Shown: positions 17,881 to 27,081 of the stretch, piece by piece | Layout of the letters: each line of letters opens with the position of its first letter | How positions within the stretch are numbered: the first letter of the stretch is position 1 | NCBI GenBank assembly: GCA_049510745.1 | Contig: JBEKYR010000033.1 | Span: 1-57,016 of the forward strand | Direction of reading: 5' to 3' | DNA: 57,016 bases | From: Verrucomicrobiota bacterium | GTDB taxonomy: Bacteria > Verrucomicrobiota > Verrucomicrobiia > Limisphaerales > Palsa-1400 | The notes under the pieces: model-generated | Database searches by the model: none | Told to the model about the DNA's origin: nothing | What the model saw: the letters and a program-made list of their open reading frames with translations, nothing else | Made by a program: the position numbers and the translations under genes

Positions 17881-19302
17881 ATGCTCGGACTCATCGGAAC
17901 ATTGGACGTGGGCGCCCGCTCGCTCTCGGTGCAGCAGCAGGAAATGGAGATTTCCGGCCAGAACCTGGCCAACGTCAACAATACCTCTTACGCCGACGAA
18001 CAACTGGTCGTCTCCGACTCCACGCCGCTGGAAACGGCCATTGGCGAGGAAGGCACCGGCGTGCAATCGACCGGCATTACCCAATCCCGCAATCCCCTTT
18101 TGGACAGCCAAATCCGGGCCGAGGCCAGCGTGAGCAGTTCCCTCACCGCGCAGCAAACCAACCTGCAGAACGCCGAGGCCTACCTGGACGAACAGATCAG
18201 TTCCACCAGCTCCTCGACCACGCCGGACAGCGCCAACGGGCTGGCGGCCAATTTGTCAAACCTGTTCGACTCGTTCCAAAGTCTTTCCACCGATCCGGGC
18301 AGTCTTTCGTTGCGCCAGACCGCGGTGCAGAACGCGCAGGAGGTGGCCGCGCAGTTCAATCAGGTTTCCACCCAACTTTCCACCGTGCAGGGCGATCTGA
18401 ACGCGTCCGTCCAAAACGACGTTGCCGGCGGCAACCAGGACCTCAACACCATCGCCACCCTGAACCAGCAGATCGTCGCGGCCCAAGCCGCCGGCGGCAG
18501 CGCCGACCAGTTGGTCGATCAGCGCGAACAAACTTTGGAAAACCTCGCCGGGTTGGTCAATTTCTCCGCCACCACCCAGGCCAACGGCGCCGTCGATGTC
18601 AGCATTGGCGGCGTATCGATGGTTTCCGGCGGCAGCGTCACGGACAACCTGCAAACCTACAAGGACGGCAACGGGAACCTGCAGGTCCAGGCGCAAAATG
18701 CCGGCACGCACCTCACCTTGACCGGCGGCAGCATCGAAGGGGAGATCACCGCGCGGGACGGCGCCCTGGCCAGCCTGCAAGGCGGTGTCAACACGCTGGC
18801 CTCCCAGTTGATCAGCCGCGTCAATTCGATTTATTCCAGCGGCTATGATCTCAACGGCAACACGGGCCAGGACCTTTTCACCGGGACGGACGCCTCCAGC
18901 ATCGGCGTCAACAGCAATGTGGTGTCCGACCCCACCCAATTCCAGGCAGCCGGACCCGCCAACGCGACGGGCGACGCGCCGGGCGACAACAAGACTGTGG
19001 CCGCCCTGGCCGGGTTGCAAACGCAGAATATTTCCGGCCTGGGCAACCAGACCTTCAGCGCCAATTACGCCCAAACCGTCTCGGACCTGGGCAATGCCAT
19101 TTCTTCAGTGAACGATCAACTCGACAGCAGCCAGGCCGTCACCCAAATGCTCGCCAGCCAGCGCAACTCGGCCGGCGGCGTGTCCACCGATGCGGAGATG
19201 ACCAACCTGATTCAATACCAAAAGGCTTACGAGGCTTCCGCCGAATTGATCACAACCTTGAATCAGATGCTGCAAACAGTCGTGGCCATGAAAACCAGTT
19301 AA
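17881..19302 (+). CDS. flgK: Flagellar hook-associated protein FlgK
   Basis: ISGQNLANVN..SY, GTGV, L.DQR...L..L, GG.I.G....RD, GVS.D.EM.NLI.YQKAY.ASA..I....QML. Start ATG 17881. Confidence 0.92.
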   Translation: MLGLIGTLDVGARSLSVQQQEMEISGQNLANVNNTSYADEQLVVSDSTPLETAIGEEGTGVQSTGITQSRNPLLDSQIRAEASVSSSLTAQQTNLQNAEAYLDEQISSTSSSTTPDSANGLAANLSNLFDSFQSLSTDPGSLSLRQTAVQNAQEVAAQFNQVSTQLSTVQGDLNASVQNDVAGGNQDLNTIATLNQQIVAAQAAGGSADQLVDQREQTLENLAGLVNFSATTQANGAVDVSIGGVSMVSGGSVTDNLQTYKDGNGNLQVQAQNAGTHLTLTGGSIEGEITARDGALASLQGGVNTLASQLISRVNSIYSSGYDLNGNTGQDLFTGTDASSIGVNSNVVSDPTQFQAAGPANATGDAPGDNKTVAALAGLQTQNISGLGNQTFSANYAQTVSDLGNAISSVNDQLDSSQAVTQMLASQRNSAGGVSTDAEMTNLIQYQKAYEASAELITTLNQMLQTVVAMKTS

Positions 19303-19318
19303 TTGAGACGCAAAACCT

Positions 19319-20257
19319 ATGCGAGTCACCACCACCGCCTTCTCAAACAACTTCCTCAACGAAATCGCCCAGTTGAAGAGCCAGCAAAGCGCGTTGCAGA
19401 ACCAGGCGACCACCGGCCTGAAGGTTTCGCTGCCCGAGGACAACCCCGGCGTCATGGACCAGGTTCTCAACCTCCAAAGCGAGGCCAGCGCCAACACGCA
19501 ATACCAGAGCAACATCACGCAAATCCAAAACTCCGCCACCACGGCTTCCGACACCCTCAACAGCCTTCAGACCCTCGTCGAGAAGGCCGGGGAAATCGCC
19601 ACCGAAGCCAACGGGGTGACTTCCTCCACCCAGCTTTCCACTTATGCCACACAGGTCAGCGGTTTAATCCAGAGCGCCTTGCAACTGGGCAACACCAAGG
19701 ATGCCAACGGCAATTATATCTTTGGCGGCACCGCCACCGGCGCTCCGCCCTTTTCCGCCACCACCGACTCCAGCGGCAACGTCACCGGCGTCACTTACAA
19801 CGGCAACGCCTCGGTGGCCAAAAGTGAAATCGCCCCCGGCCTTTCCGTCACGGCGCAAAGCCCCGGCGAGAACAACACCGGCTCAGGACCCGGCGGCGTT
19901 TTTGCCGACAGCCGGACCGGCGCGGACCTTTTCAGCCATTTGATCTCGCTCCAACAAAATCTGAGTTCGGGCAACACCAGCGCCATCTCCTCGACCGACA
20001 GCCCGAATCTGACCAAGGACGAAGACAACGTGGTCACGCAAATCAGCGGCAACGCCGTTTTGCAATCCACCCTGACCGCGGCCGGCAACGTCAGCTCGCA
20101 GAAATCGACCAACATCGACACGCAAATGTCCAACGACACCAGCGCCGACCTGGCGCAAACTCTCACCCAGCTCAGCCAGACCCAAACCGCTTATCAGGCC
20201 GCATTGGAAAGCGGCGTGATGACGATGAGTCTTTCCATGATGAACTTCCTCGAATAA
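19319..20257 (+). CDS. flgL: Flagellar hook-associated protein FlgL
   Basis: MRVT start, TG.K...PEDNP, GNYIFGG......PF, Y.GN, D.A..L..L....TAYQAAL......LS.MNFL. Confidence 0.9.
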   Translation: MRVTTTAFSNNFLNEIAQLKSQQSALQNQATTGLKVSLPEDNPGVMDQVLNLQSEASANTQYQSNITQIQNSATTASDTLNSLQTLVEKAGEIATEANGVTSSTQLSTYATQVSGLIQSALQLGNTKDANGNYIFGGTATGAPPFSATTDSSGNVTGVTYNGNASVAKSEIAPGLSVTAQSPGENNTGSGPGGVFADSRTGADLFSHLISLQQNLSSGNTSAISSTDSPNLTKDEDNVVTQISGNAVLQSTLTAAGNVSSQKSTNIDTQMSNDTSADLAQTLTQLSQTQTAYQAALESGVMTMSLSMMNFLE

Positions 20258-20358
20258 CGCCCGCGCCGGGCGGGTTCAAAGTTCATCCAAGTATTCTTGA
20301 TCTTCAACCGCCGCGGGAGGATGCTATTGCCTCGCAGGGATGCCGGAGTGAGTTGACT

Positions 20359-21084
20359 ATGTCCTATCAAATTCTCAGTCTTGATGCCGTCGCGGAGTAT
20401 TTGCATCTGACCCCGGAGGACATCGCGCGGCGCGTCAAATGCAACGAGATTCCGCACCAGAAGCGCGGCCGCCGGATCGTCTTTTCCAAGGAGGAAATTG
20501 ACCTTTGGGCTTCGCAGCGCCTCCTCCGCCTGCCCGGGCAGCGGCTGGCGGAGTATCACCGAAAAACCACCCTGGGCACCCGCGAACTGCTGCCGCGCCA
20601 AACCCTCCTGCCGGAAATGATCCAGCCCGGCTTCATTGCCCCGGCCCTGGCGGCCAAAACCAAGTCGTCCGTTTTGCATGAGTTGGTGGCTTTGGCGGGA
20701 ACAACCGGGCGCTTGAACAACCCGCAGGACTTGCTGGCCAGCCTGGAAGCCCGCGAAGCCCTTTGTTCAACCGGCATGCCCGGCGGTTTTGCCCTCCCCC
20801 ATCCCCGCGTGCCCGAGCCTTACCTGTTTGAAACCTCGTTCATCGTCCTCGGCCGCACCGTTCAGGAAATCTATTTTGGCGCGCCCGACGACCAACCCAC
20901 GACCCTGTTCTTCCTGATTTGCTGCCAGGACGACCGCCTGCATCTGCACACCCTGGCCCGAATTTGTCTCATAGCCCAGAAAACCGCCATCCTCGACCAA
21001 CTCCGCCAGTCCGCCGATGCTCCCTCCATGCATGCCTCCCTCCTGGCCGCGGAAGAGGCGGCGCTGGCCGAAACCAAAACCTGA
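20359..21084 (+). CDS. HTH (excisionase-like)-PTS EIIA (Ntr/fructose type) fusion protein
   Basis: N-terminal LSL..VAEYL.L.........IP..K.G....F...ID.W; C-terminal RE...STG...G.ALPHPR with phospho-His, HL..LA. Confidence 0.88.
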   Translation: MSYQILSLDAVAEYLHLTPEDIARRVKCNEIPHQKRGRRIVFSKEEIDLWASQRLLRLPGQRLAEYHRKTTLGTRELLPRQTLLPEMIQPGFIAPALAAKTKSSVLHELVALAGTTGRLNNPQDLLASLEAREALCSTGMPGGFALPHPRVPEPYLFETSFIVLGRTVQEIYFGAPDDQPTTLFFLICCQDDRLHLHTLARICLIAQKTAILDQLRQSADAPSMHASLLAAEEAALAETKT

Positions 21085-21119
21085 CGGGTCAGCCACCGCG
21101 CCTGGCCAGGCCGCGAGTT

Positions 21120-22178
21120 TCAACGAATGGGAACCTGGCCCTTTTCGTCGGCGGGCCGCGCTTCGGCCTCGATGCCCTTGAACTCGACCTGCAACTGCTG
21201 GCTGAGCCACTGGCTGAACGCCCGCGCGCGCGCTTCGCTCCAGCCCCATGTCACCAACTTCATCGGCTGCGGTTCCGAGTCGGGCGCGGCGCGCTTGAGG
21301 GCGGGCACGTAGGTGAAATGGTTGCCGCTGGGGCTTTTGCTCACCCGCCGGAGCAGGGCGACGGCCAGGATTTCGCGGCGCGGAACGGTCAGCGGCGCGG
21401 GGCGCCCGCCCGTCCGGGGCAGCGTGACGGTCTGGGCGGAAGGGTTGATGCGCAAATCATACGTGCCGGCGTGCTGCTCTTTGGCCGCCCAGAGGAAAGC
21501 CGCCGCTCCCGCCGCCAAAACAAAAATCCACACCATCACCATCAGGCGCAAGCTGGGCGCGAACCCGCCGATGGCAACCACCGGAAAGGCGGAGACGAAC
21601 GCCGCCGCCGCCAGCCCGAAAGCGCCGGCTGCCAGCGGGGAAAATTCCGCCAACCGCGCCCTCGTTTCTCCGGGGCTTTGCAGAATCCGAATGCCTCCGG
21701 CCGGGGCCGGCCCGCCGCTTTCCCCCCTGGCCTGGAAGAGCGCCATCCAGAGAGCCAACGTCACGACGCTGAGCGGGAGCGCAAACAGCAGCAGCAACAG
21801 ATCGGAACCATCCAGGCCCGGATTGAGCAGCGAATCCCCGGGGTCCGCTGGATTGTAATAAACCGTTCGCTCCGACCAGACCGGAAAGGCGTTGGTGGCA
21901 GCGGCATATTCGAAGGTGATGTTCCGGTCGTCGTAACGATAGCGGTGCCCGGTGTAATCGGCGCCGTTGACGGTGAAGTTATATTGGATAGCGACGCCCC
22001 GGTGCGTCATGGGTCCTTTGCTGACGACGCTTTGCACGATTTTGCCCGTGGTCGAGGCGAAACCACGGGACCGGAACTGCCGCACCGAGGTGTCGAGCAC
22101 CACAAAGTCCGCCGCCAACACCAAGCCGGTCCACATGGCCAGCAAGAGCAGAGGATAGCTGAAGGCGAACTTTCGCAC
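21120..22178 (-). CDS. DUF3592 domain membrane protein
   Basis: TM, then G.IV.S......Y.F.V.G..Y.G.......VYYNPADP..S.L; GTG start 22178 chosen. Confidence 0.75.
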   Translation of the reverse strand: MRKFAFSYPLLLLAMWTGLVLAADFVVLDTSVRQFRSRGFASTTGKIVQSVVSKGPMTHRGVAIQYNFTVNGADYTGHRYRYDDRNITFEYAAATNAFPVWSERTVYYNPADPGDSLLNPGLDGSDLLLLLFALPLSVVTLALWMALFQARGESGGPAPAGGIRILQSPGETRARLAEFSPLAAGAFGLAAAAFVSAFPVVAIGGFAPSLRLMVMVWIFVLAAGAAAFLWAAKEQHAGTYDLRINPSAQTVTLPRTGGRPAPLTVPRREILAVALLRRVSKSPSGNHFTYVPALKRAAPDSEPQPMKLVTWGWSEARARAFSQWLSQQLQVEFKGIEAEARPADEKGQVPIR

Positions 22179-22254
22179 GCCGCCATTGTGCCGCAAGAGG
22201 CGGCTTCTGACAAACCCCAAAATCAGTCCGCTGTTGCGCTTCCCGGCGGCGCGC

Positions 22255-24042
22255 TCACGCGCTCCGGCGCCGGACAAACTCGAAGTTGCACAGGCGCACT
22301 TCCGGCTTGCCTTCCGCGTCCAGCACCAGTTTTCCTTCCGGATCGAAGGAGATCAACAGGTGGTCGGGCTTGAGATTGAGGTCCTCCAGTCCGCACTGGG
22401 CCAGCCGGGCGGACATCGCCTCCAACAATTCCTCCATCGTCCGGCGCGGGATCAGGCCATGGGCGGAGGCATGTTGCGCGTTGAGGGACGAGTAAAAGGA
22501 TCCGTCGCGCACCGCCAGCAATTCGTCCGGCCCGTTCCAGAATCCCCAGATCGTAATGTAATCGTAATCCTTGCGGATGGCCGGCTCGCCGTCCGGTGTG
22601 AGCAGATGGGTCAGGGCGGAGTAACGCCGCGCCTCGGCCCCCGCGTGGGAGGACTCGCCTTTGCTGCCCGTCATGTAAATGGCGCGGGGATAGATGGTCT
22701 TGATGCCCTGACGACTGAGACGGAGCGCGAGGGCGAATTCCTCGAAGGGGCTGTTGAACTCGTGCGCCCGGGCCGCCTCCAGGTTGGCGCGGGCGTTCTT
22801 CAACTGCACCGGGTCGCCCATCCGCGAAACCCGCCAGACGAGCAGGATGTTGTCCTTGGTGCAGGTGCGGAAGACCTGGTTGCGCGCCGATAGCTTCTTG
22901 TTCGGCGTCCGGCGCCAGCGTTCCGGGAGAAAATAATTGAACAGGTCGGGGTCCTTGCCCACCACCCACAACAATCCGCCGGTGCTCTCGGCGCGCCCGA
23001 AAACAAACTCCACCCCCAGCAGGCTCGTCGGGCGCAGATGATCCGGCATGGGCTTGGCGGCGTCCGCCTCGAAGCGGTGCGCCATGTGCGCCAGGTAGAG
23101 TTTCCGGTTGGCGCTGCGGACGGCCTGCTCGTGCTCCGGCGTCCGCTCCAGCAATTCGTAATCCACCAGCGCATAGGCCAGTTGCCCGTGCCAGTCGCGC
23201 AACAGCTCTCTGTATCGCTTGGGCCGCAGAATGATGTGCGCCGGCTTCATGTCAATGACATGGTAACCCTTCTGGCGCAATTCATGTGTCACCAGGCTGG
23301 TCACCTGCGCGAGAAACTCCGCGCTCTTGCGTCCGCCCAACTCGAAGCACTCCGCCGTTTCCACCGCGTCCAGGCCCTTGATCCACCCGTAAACGACGAC
23401 GTATTGCCGCAGAATGTCAATCTCCACGCCGGGATGGCGGGCGACTTTGGCCCGGATCCTATATTCCGAGCGGCCGGTCTGCCACAATTGCAGCCTTTTG
23501 CCGGGCACGTAGATCGCCAGCGGCAGTTGGGTGCGGATGCGGATGCCCGGGGGCCCAAGCTCGCCCTGGCGCAGTTCCATCAACAGGGAAAACTCCTCGA
23601 AGGGACTGTTGAACTCGGCGTGGATGAACTTGTTCACCGTCAGCGTGTCCAGCGGCACGTCTTCGCCCACGCGCGACCATTTGACCACCAGATTGAGGCT
23701 CCGGCCGTTGACGGGCCGCGTCGGCAGCCTGTAAACGGTGCCCGTGCCGCTCAACCGCTTGCGCTCGGCCTCGAACCACTCCGGCGCGAACCAGTTTTCC
23801 AGCAGCAGGTGCCGCCAGAACAGCGCGCCAAAACGCGTCAAATAAAGATCGCCTCCGTCGCTCGTTTTCAAGTGAACGTAATCCACCCCCAGCAGCGAGA
23901 TCGCCGTGCCGCCCGGCGGCGCGCCGGCGGGCAATTGCAGCGGCGCGCGCGCCCCGGCGCTTTCCGCCGCCGGCTCCGGGAGTGATTTCCACGGTTCCTC
24001 CTGGCCAGTCATGGTGGAAATGTAGTGCTCCGGCCGGTTCAT
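22255..24042 (-). CDS. Uncharacterised protein with two tandem protein-kinase-like repeats
   Basis: Internal duplication: EFNSPFEEF twice, 285 codons apart; DMKPAHIIL..VDYE and NLKPDHLLI..CNFE. Start is ATG 24042 or 24012. Confidence 0.75.
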   Translation of the reverse strand: MNRPEHYISTMTGQEEPWKSLPEPAAESAGARAPLQLPAGAPPGGTAISLLGVDYVHLKTSDGGDLYLTRFGALFWRHLLLENWFAPEWFEAERKRLSGTGTVYRLPTRPVNGRSLNLVVKWSRVGEDVPLDTLTVNKFIHAEFNSPFEEFSLLMELRQGELGPPGIRIRTQLPLAIYVPGKRLQLWQTGRSEYRIRAKVARHPGVEIDILRQYVVVYGWIKGLDAVETAECFELGGRKSAEFLAQVTSLVTHELRQKGYHVIDMKPAHIILRPKRYRELLRDWHGQLAYALVDYELLERTPEHEQAVRSANRKLYLAHMAHRFEADAAKPMPDHLRPTSLLGVEFVFGRAESTGGLLWVVGKDPDLFNYFLPERWRRTPNKKLSARNQVFRTCTKDNILLVWRVSRMGDPVQLKNARANLEAARAHEFNSPFEEFALALRLSRQGIKTIYPRAIYMTGSKGESSHAGAEARRYSALTHLLTPDGEPAIRKDYDYITIWGFWNGPDELLAVRDGSFYSSLNAQHASAHGLIPRRTMEELLEAMSARLAQCGLEDLNLKPDHLLISFDPEGKLVLDAEGKPEVRLCNFEFVRRRSA

Positions 24043-24255
24043 GCAAGCGGCACGATGCGAGCGGGCGGTCGGGAATCTCTGGAACCGGCGCATTTCGCGA
24101 GATGACTGCAAAAAGAGGTGAGTTTTTGCCAAAAGGCGGGGAGTCTCTGCCCGGCTTCGTCACCAATCTTTGCAATAATACAAACAGGTTCGGAATGCCT
24201 GTGCCGGCCCGGGGAACCGCCCCGGATTTTGCGCCAGGTTGAGTCCGATGAACAC

Positions 24256-24278
24256 ATTGAAATGACAGGCTTTTCAAT
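24256..24278. promoter_or_regulatory. Inverted repeat, candidate operator upstream of the fermentation/hydrogenase operon
   Basis: ATTGAAA-N9-TTTCAAT with perfect 7-bp arms, 23 nt before ATG 24302. Confidence 0.4.
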
Positions 24279-24301
24279 CCACACCTTTTCCCGGATAATC
24301 C

Positions 24302-27061
24302 ATGCAAACTCCCCCCTCTCATCCCAGCCCCCAACGCGTTGAACCCGCCCACGACATCCTGCGGCAGTTCCCGCCCCGGCCGCTCGACTGCATTTTTTCG
24401 CCCAAAGCTGTCGCCCTGATCGGCGCCACTGAATCGCCGGCCAGCGTCGGGCGCACCTTGTTGGAGAACCTCCAGCAGGGCCAATTCCCCGGCGCAATTT
24501 ACCCGGTCAACCCAAAACGCGATACCGTCCTGGGCGTGAAGGCTTACCCCGGCATCCTCGCCGTGCCGGGCAAGGTGGACCTGGCCGTCATCGTCACACC
24601 CCCCCCGACCGTTCCCGGAATCATCCATGACTGCGTGCAGGCGGGGGTGCATGGCGCCATCATCATTTCGGCCGGCTTCAAGGAAACCGGCGCGGCGGGC
24701 GTCGAGCTGGAACGCCAGATCCTGGCCGAGGCCCGGCGTGGCCAGATGCGCATCGTGGGGCCGAATTGCCTGGGCGTCATGGTGCCCGGCGAGAAGTTTA
24801 ACGCCACTTTTGCCGCAGGCATGGCCCGGCTCGGGACCGTCGGATTCATCAGCCAGAGCGGCGCGCTCTGCACCGCGGTCCTGGATTGGAGCCTGCGCGA
24901 AAACGTCGGCTTCAGCGCCTTTGTTTCGCTGGGTTCGATGGTCGATGTCGGCTGGGGTGACCTGATCTTTCACCTGGGGGACGATCCCGGCACCCGCAGC
25001 ATCGTCATTTACATGGAAACCATCGGCGACGCCCGCGCGTTCCTGTCCGCGGCCCGCGAAGTTGCCCTGACCAAGCCCATCATCGTCATCAAGCCCGGCC
25101 GCACCTCCGCCGCCGCCAAGGCCGCCGCCTCCCACACCGGCTCCTTGACGGGCAGCGACGAAGTCTTGCAGGCGGCTTTCCAGCGGGCCGGAGTGTTGCG
25201 CGTCGAAAACATCTCCGAACTGTTCGACATGGCCGAAGTCCTGGCCAAGCAACCGCGCCCCCCCGGTCCGCATCTCACCATCGTCACCAATGCCGGCGGT
25301 CCGGCAGTGCTGGCCACGGACATGCTCATCACCGGCGGCGGCCAGCTCGCCGAACTGACGCCCGAAACCATGGCCGCCTTCAACCAGATTCTGCCTCCCG
25401 CCTGGAGCCACAACAATCCGGTGGACATCATCGGCGACGCCGGCCCGAAATTGTACGCCCAGGCGGTGGACATCGCCGCCAAAGACCCGAACACGGACGG
25501 CTTGCTGGTGATCCTGACGCCCCAGGCCATGACGGATGCCACCGCCACGGCCGAGCAACTCAAGCCCTACGCGCACCTGGAGGGCAAACCGATCCTTGCC
25601 AGTTGGATGGGGGCGGACGCCGTCGTGGCGGGCGAGGACATTCTCAATGCCGCAAAGGTTCCGACGTTCAAGTATCCGGACCGCGCGGCCCGGGCCTTCT
25701 GTTACATGTGGCGGTACACCGAAAACCTCCGCGCCCTTTACCAAACCCCCTTGCTGGGGCCTGATTCGGACGATGCGGCCACCGCGCGCGAGGGCGCCGA
25801 CGCCATGGTCAAGGCCATCCGCCAGCAGGGACGCACCGTCCTGACCGAGTTTGAATCCAAGCAACTGCTGGCCGCCCACGGCATCCCCACGGTGGAAACC
25901 CATATCGCCACCAGCGAGGAGGAAGCCGTCCAACACGCCGCTCGGATGGGCTTTCCCGTCGTGCTCAAGCTCTATTCGGAAACCATCACGCATAAAACCG
26001 ACGTCGGAGGCGTGCAGTTGAACCTGCGCAATTCGACGGCCGTGCGCCGGGCGTGGCGCGCCATTGAAACCGCCGTGGCGCAACGGGCCGGCAAGGAAAA
26101 TTTCCTCGGCGTGACAGTTCAGCCGATGATTAAACTGGACGGGTACGAGTTGATCATCGGCAGCAGCATTGATCCCCAGTTCGGACCGGTGTTATTGTTC
26201 GGCACCGGCGGCCAGTTGGTCGAAGTCTTCAAGGACCGCGCGCTCGGATTGCCGCCGCTCAATGCCACGCTCGCCCGGCGCATGATGGAGGGCACCCGCA
26301 TCTTCACCGCCTTGCAGGGCGTGCGCGGACGCGCCGCGGTGGATCTCCCGGCGCTCGAACAATTGCTGGTGCGCTTCAGCCAGCTTGTCGTCACCCAGCC
26401 GTGGATCAAGGAGATTGACATCAATCCGCTCCTCGCTGCGCCCGGACGCCTCCTGGCCCTGGACGCGCGCGTCCTCCTGCATGACCCGGCGACCCCGGAA
26501 TCGGCGCTGCCCTGTCCTGCCATCCGCCCCTATCCGTCCCAATACGTGGGAGTTTGGAAAACGAAAAACAAAAAGCGCATCACCATCCGGCCCATCCGTC
26601 CCGAAGACGAGCCCTTGATGGTGAAGTTCCACCAAACCCTCTCCGAACAAAGCGTCTATCAACGGTATTTCAGCGTCCTGAAATTGTCGCAGCGCATCAC
26701 CCACGAACGGCTGACGCGGATTTGTTTCAATGATTACGACCGCGAGATCGCGCTGGTGGCCCAATACAGGGAAACCCCGGCCGAGGAACCGCAGATTCTG
26801 GGCGTCGGCCGCTTGAGCAAGCTGCGCGGCGTCAACGAGGGCGAATTCGCCATCCTGGTCAGCGACGCCTGGCAGGGACTGGGCCTGGGCACCGAACTGC
26901 TCAAGCGCGTTGTGCAGGTCGGCCGCGACGAAAAACTTCAACGCATCATCGGCCATATCCTGCCCGAAAACCACATCATGCACCACATTTGCCAGAAGGT
27001 CGGCTTCAAAGTCGGGCACGGCGCCGACCAACACGATCTCCTGGCCGAATTCACCCTCTAA
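24302..27061 (+). CDS. Acetate-CoA ligase (ADP-forming) alpha-beta / GNAT acetyltransferase fusion (Pat-like)
   Basis: CoA-binding domain, GPNCLG, SQSGA, AASHTG, NAGG, ATP-grasp HKTDVGGV and EIDINPL; C-terminal GNAT RPIRPED...[15 protein letters not shown]. Confidence 0.92.
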   Translation: MQTPPSHPSPQRVEPAHDILRQFPPRPLDCIFSPKAVALIGATESPASVGRTLLENLQQGQFPGAIYPVNPKRDTVLGVKAYPGILAVPGKVDLAVIVTPPPTVPGIIHDCVQAGVHGAIIISAGFKETGAAGVELERQILAEARRGQMRIVGPNCLGVMVPGEKFNATFAAGMARLGTVGFISQSGALCTAVLDWSLRENVGFSAFVSLGSMVDVGWGDLIFHLGDDPGTRSIVIYMETIGDARAFLSAAREVALTKPIIVIKPGRTSAAAKAAASHTGSLTGSDEVLQAAFQRAGVLRVENISELFDMAEVLAKQPRPPGPHLTIVTNAGGPAVLATDMLITGGGQLAELTPETMAAFNQILPPAWSHNNPVDIIGDAGPKLYAQAVDIAAKDPNTDGLLVILTPQAMTDATATAEQLKPYAHLEGKPILASWMGADAVVAGEDILNAAKVPTFKYPDRAARAFCYMWRYTENLRALYQTPLLGPDSDDAATAREGADAMVKAIRQQGRTVLTEFESKQLLAAHGIPTVETHIATSEEEAVQHAARMGFPVVLKLYSETITHKTDVGGVQLNLRNSTAVRRAWRAIETAVAQRAGKENFLGVTVQPMIKLDGYELIIGSSIDPQFGPVLLFGTGGQLVEVFKDRALGLPPLNATLARRMMEGTRIFTALQGVRGRAAVDLPALEQLLVRFSQLVVTQPWIKEIDINPLLAAPGRLLALDARVLLHDPATPESALPCPAIRPYPSQYVGVWKTKNKKRITIRPIRPEDEPLMVKFHQTLSEQSVYQRYFSVLKLSQRITHERLTRICFNDYDREIALVAQYRETPAEEPQILGVGRLSKLRGVNEGEFAILVSDAWQGLGLGTELLKRVVQVGRDEKLQRIIGHILPENHIMHHICQKVGFKVGHGADQHDLLAEFTL

Positions 27062-27081
27062 TCCAATACACGCTCTACTCT

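Noticed and set aside
19319..20257. Flagellin (fliC)
   Set aside because: Position after flgK, the Y-I-F-G-G...P-F and Y-x-G-N motifs and the SMMNFL ending indicate FlgL.
23459..26083. 874-aa minus-strand ORF
   Set aside because: Antisense to the ACD-GNAT gene and out of frame over the kinase-like gene; no domain signal.
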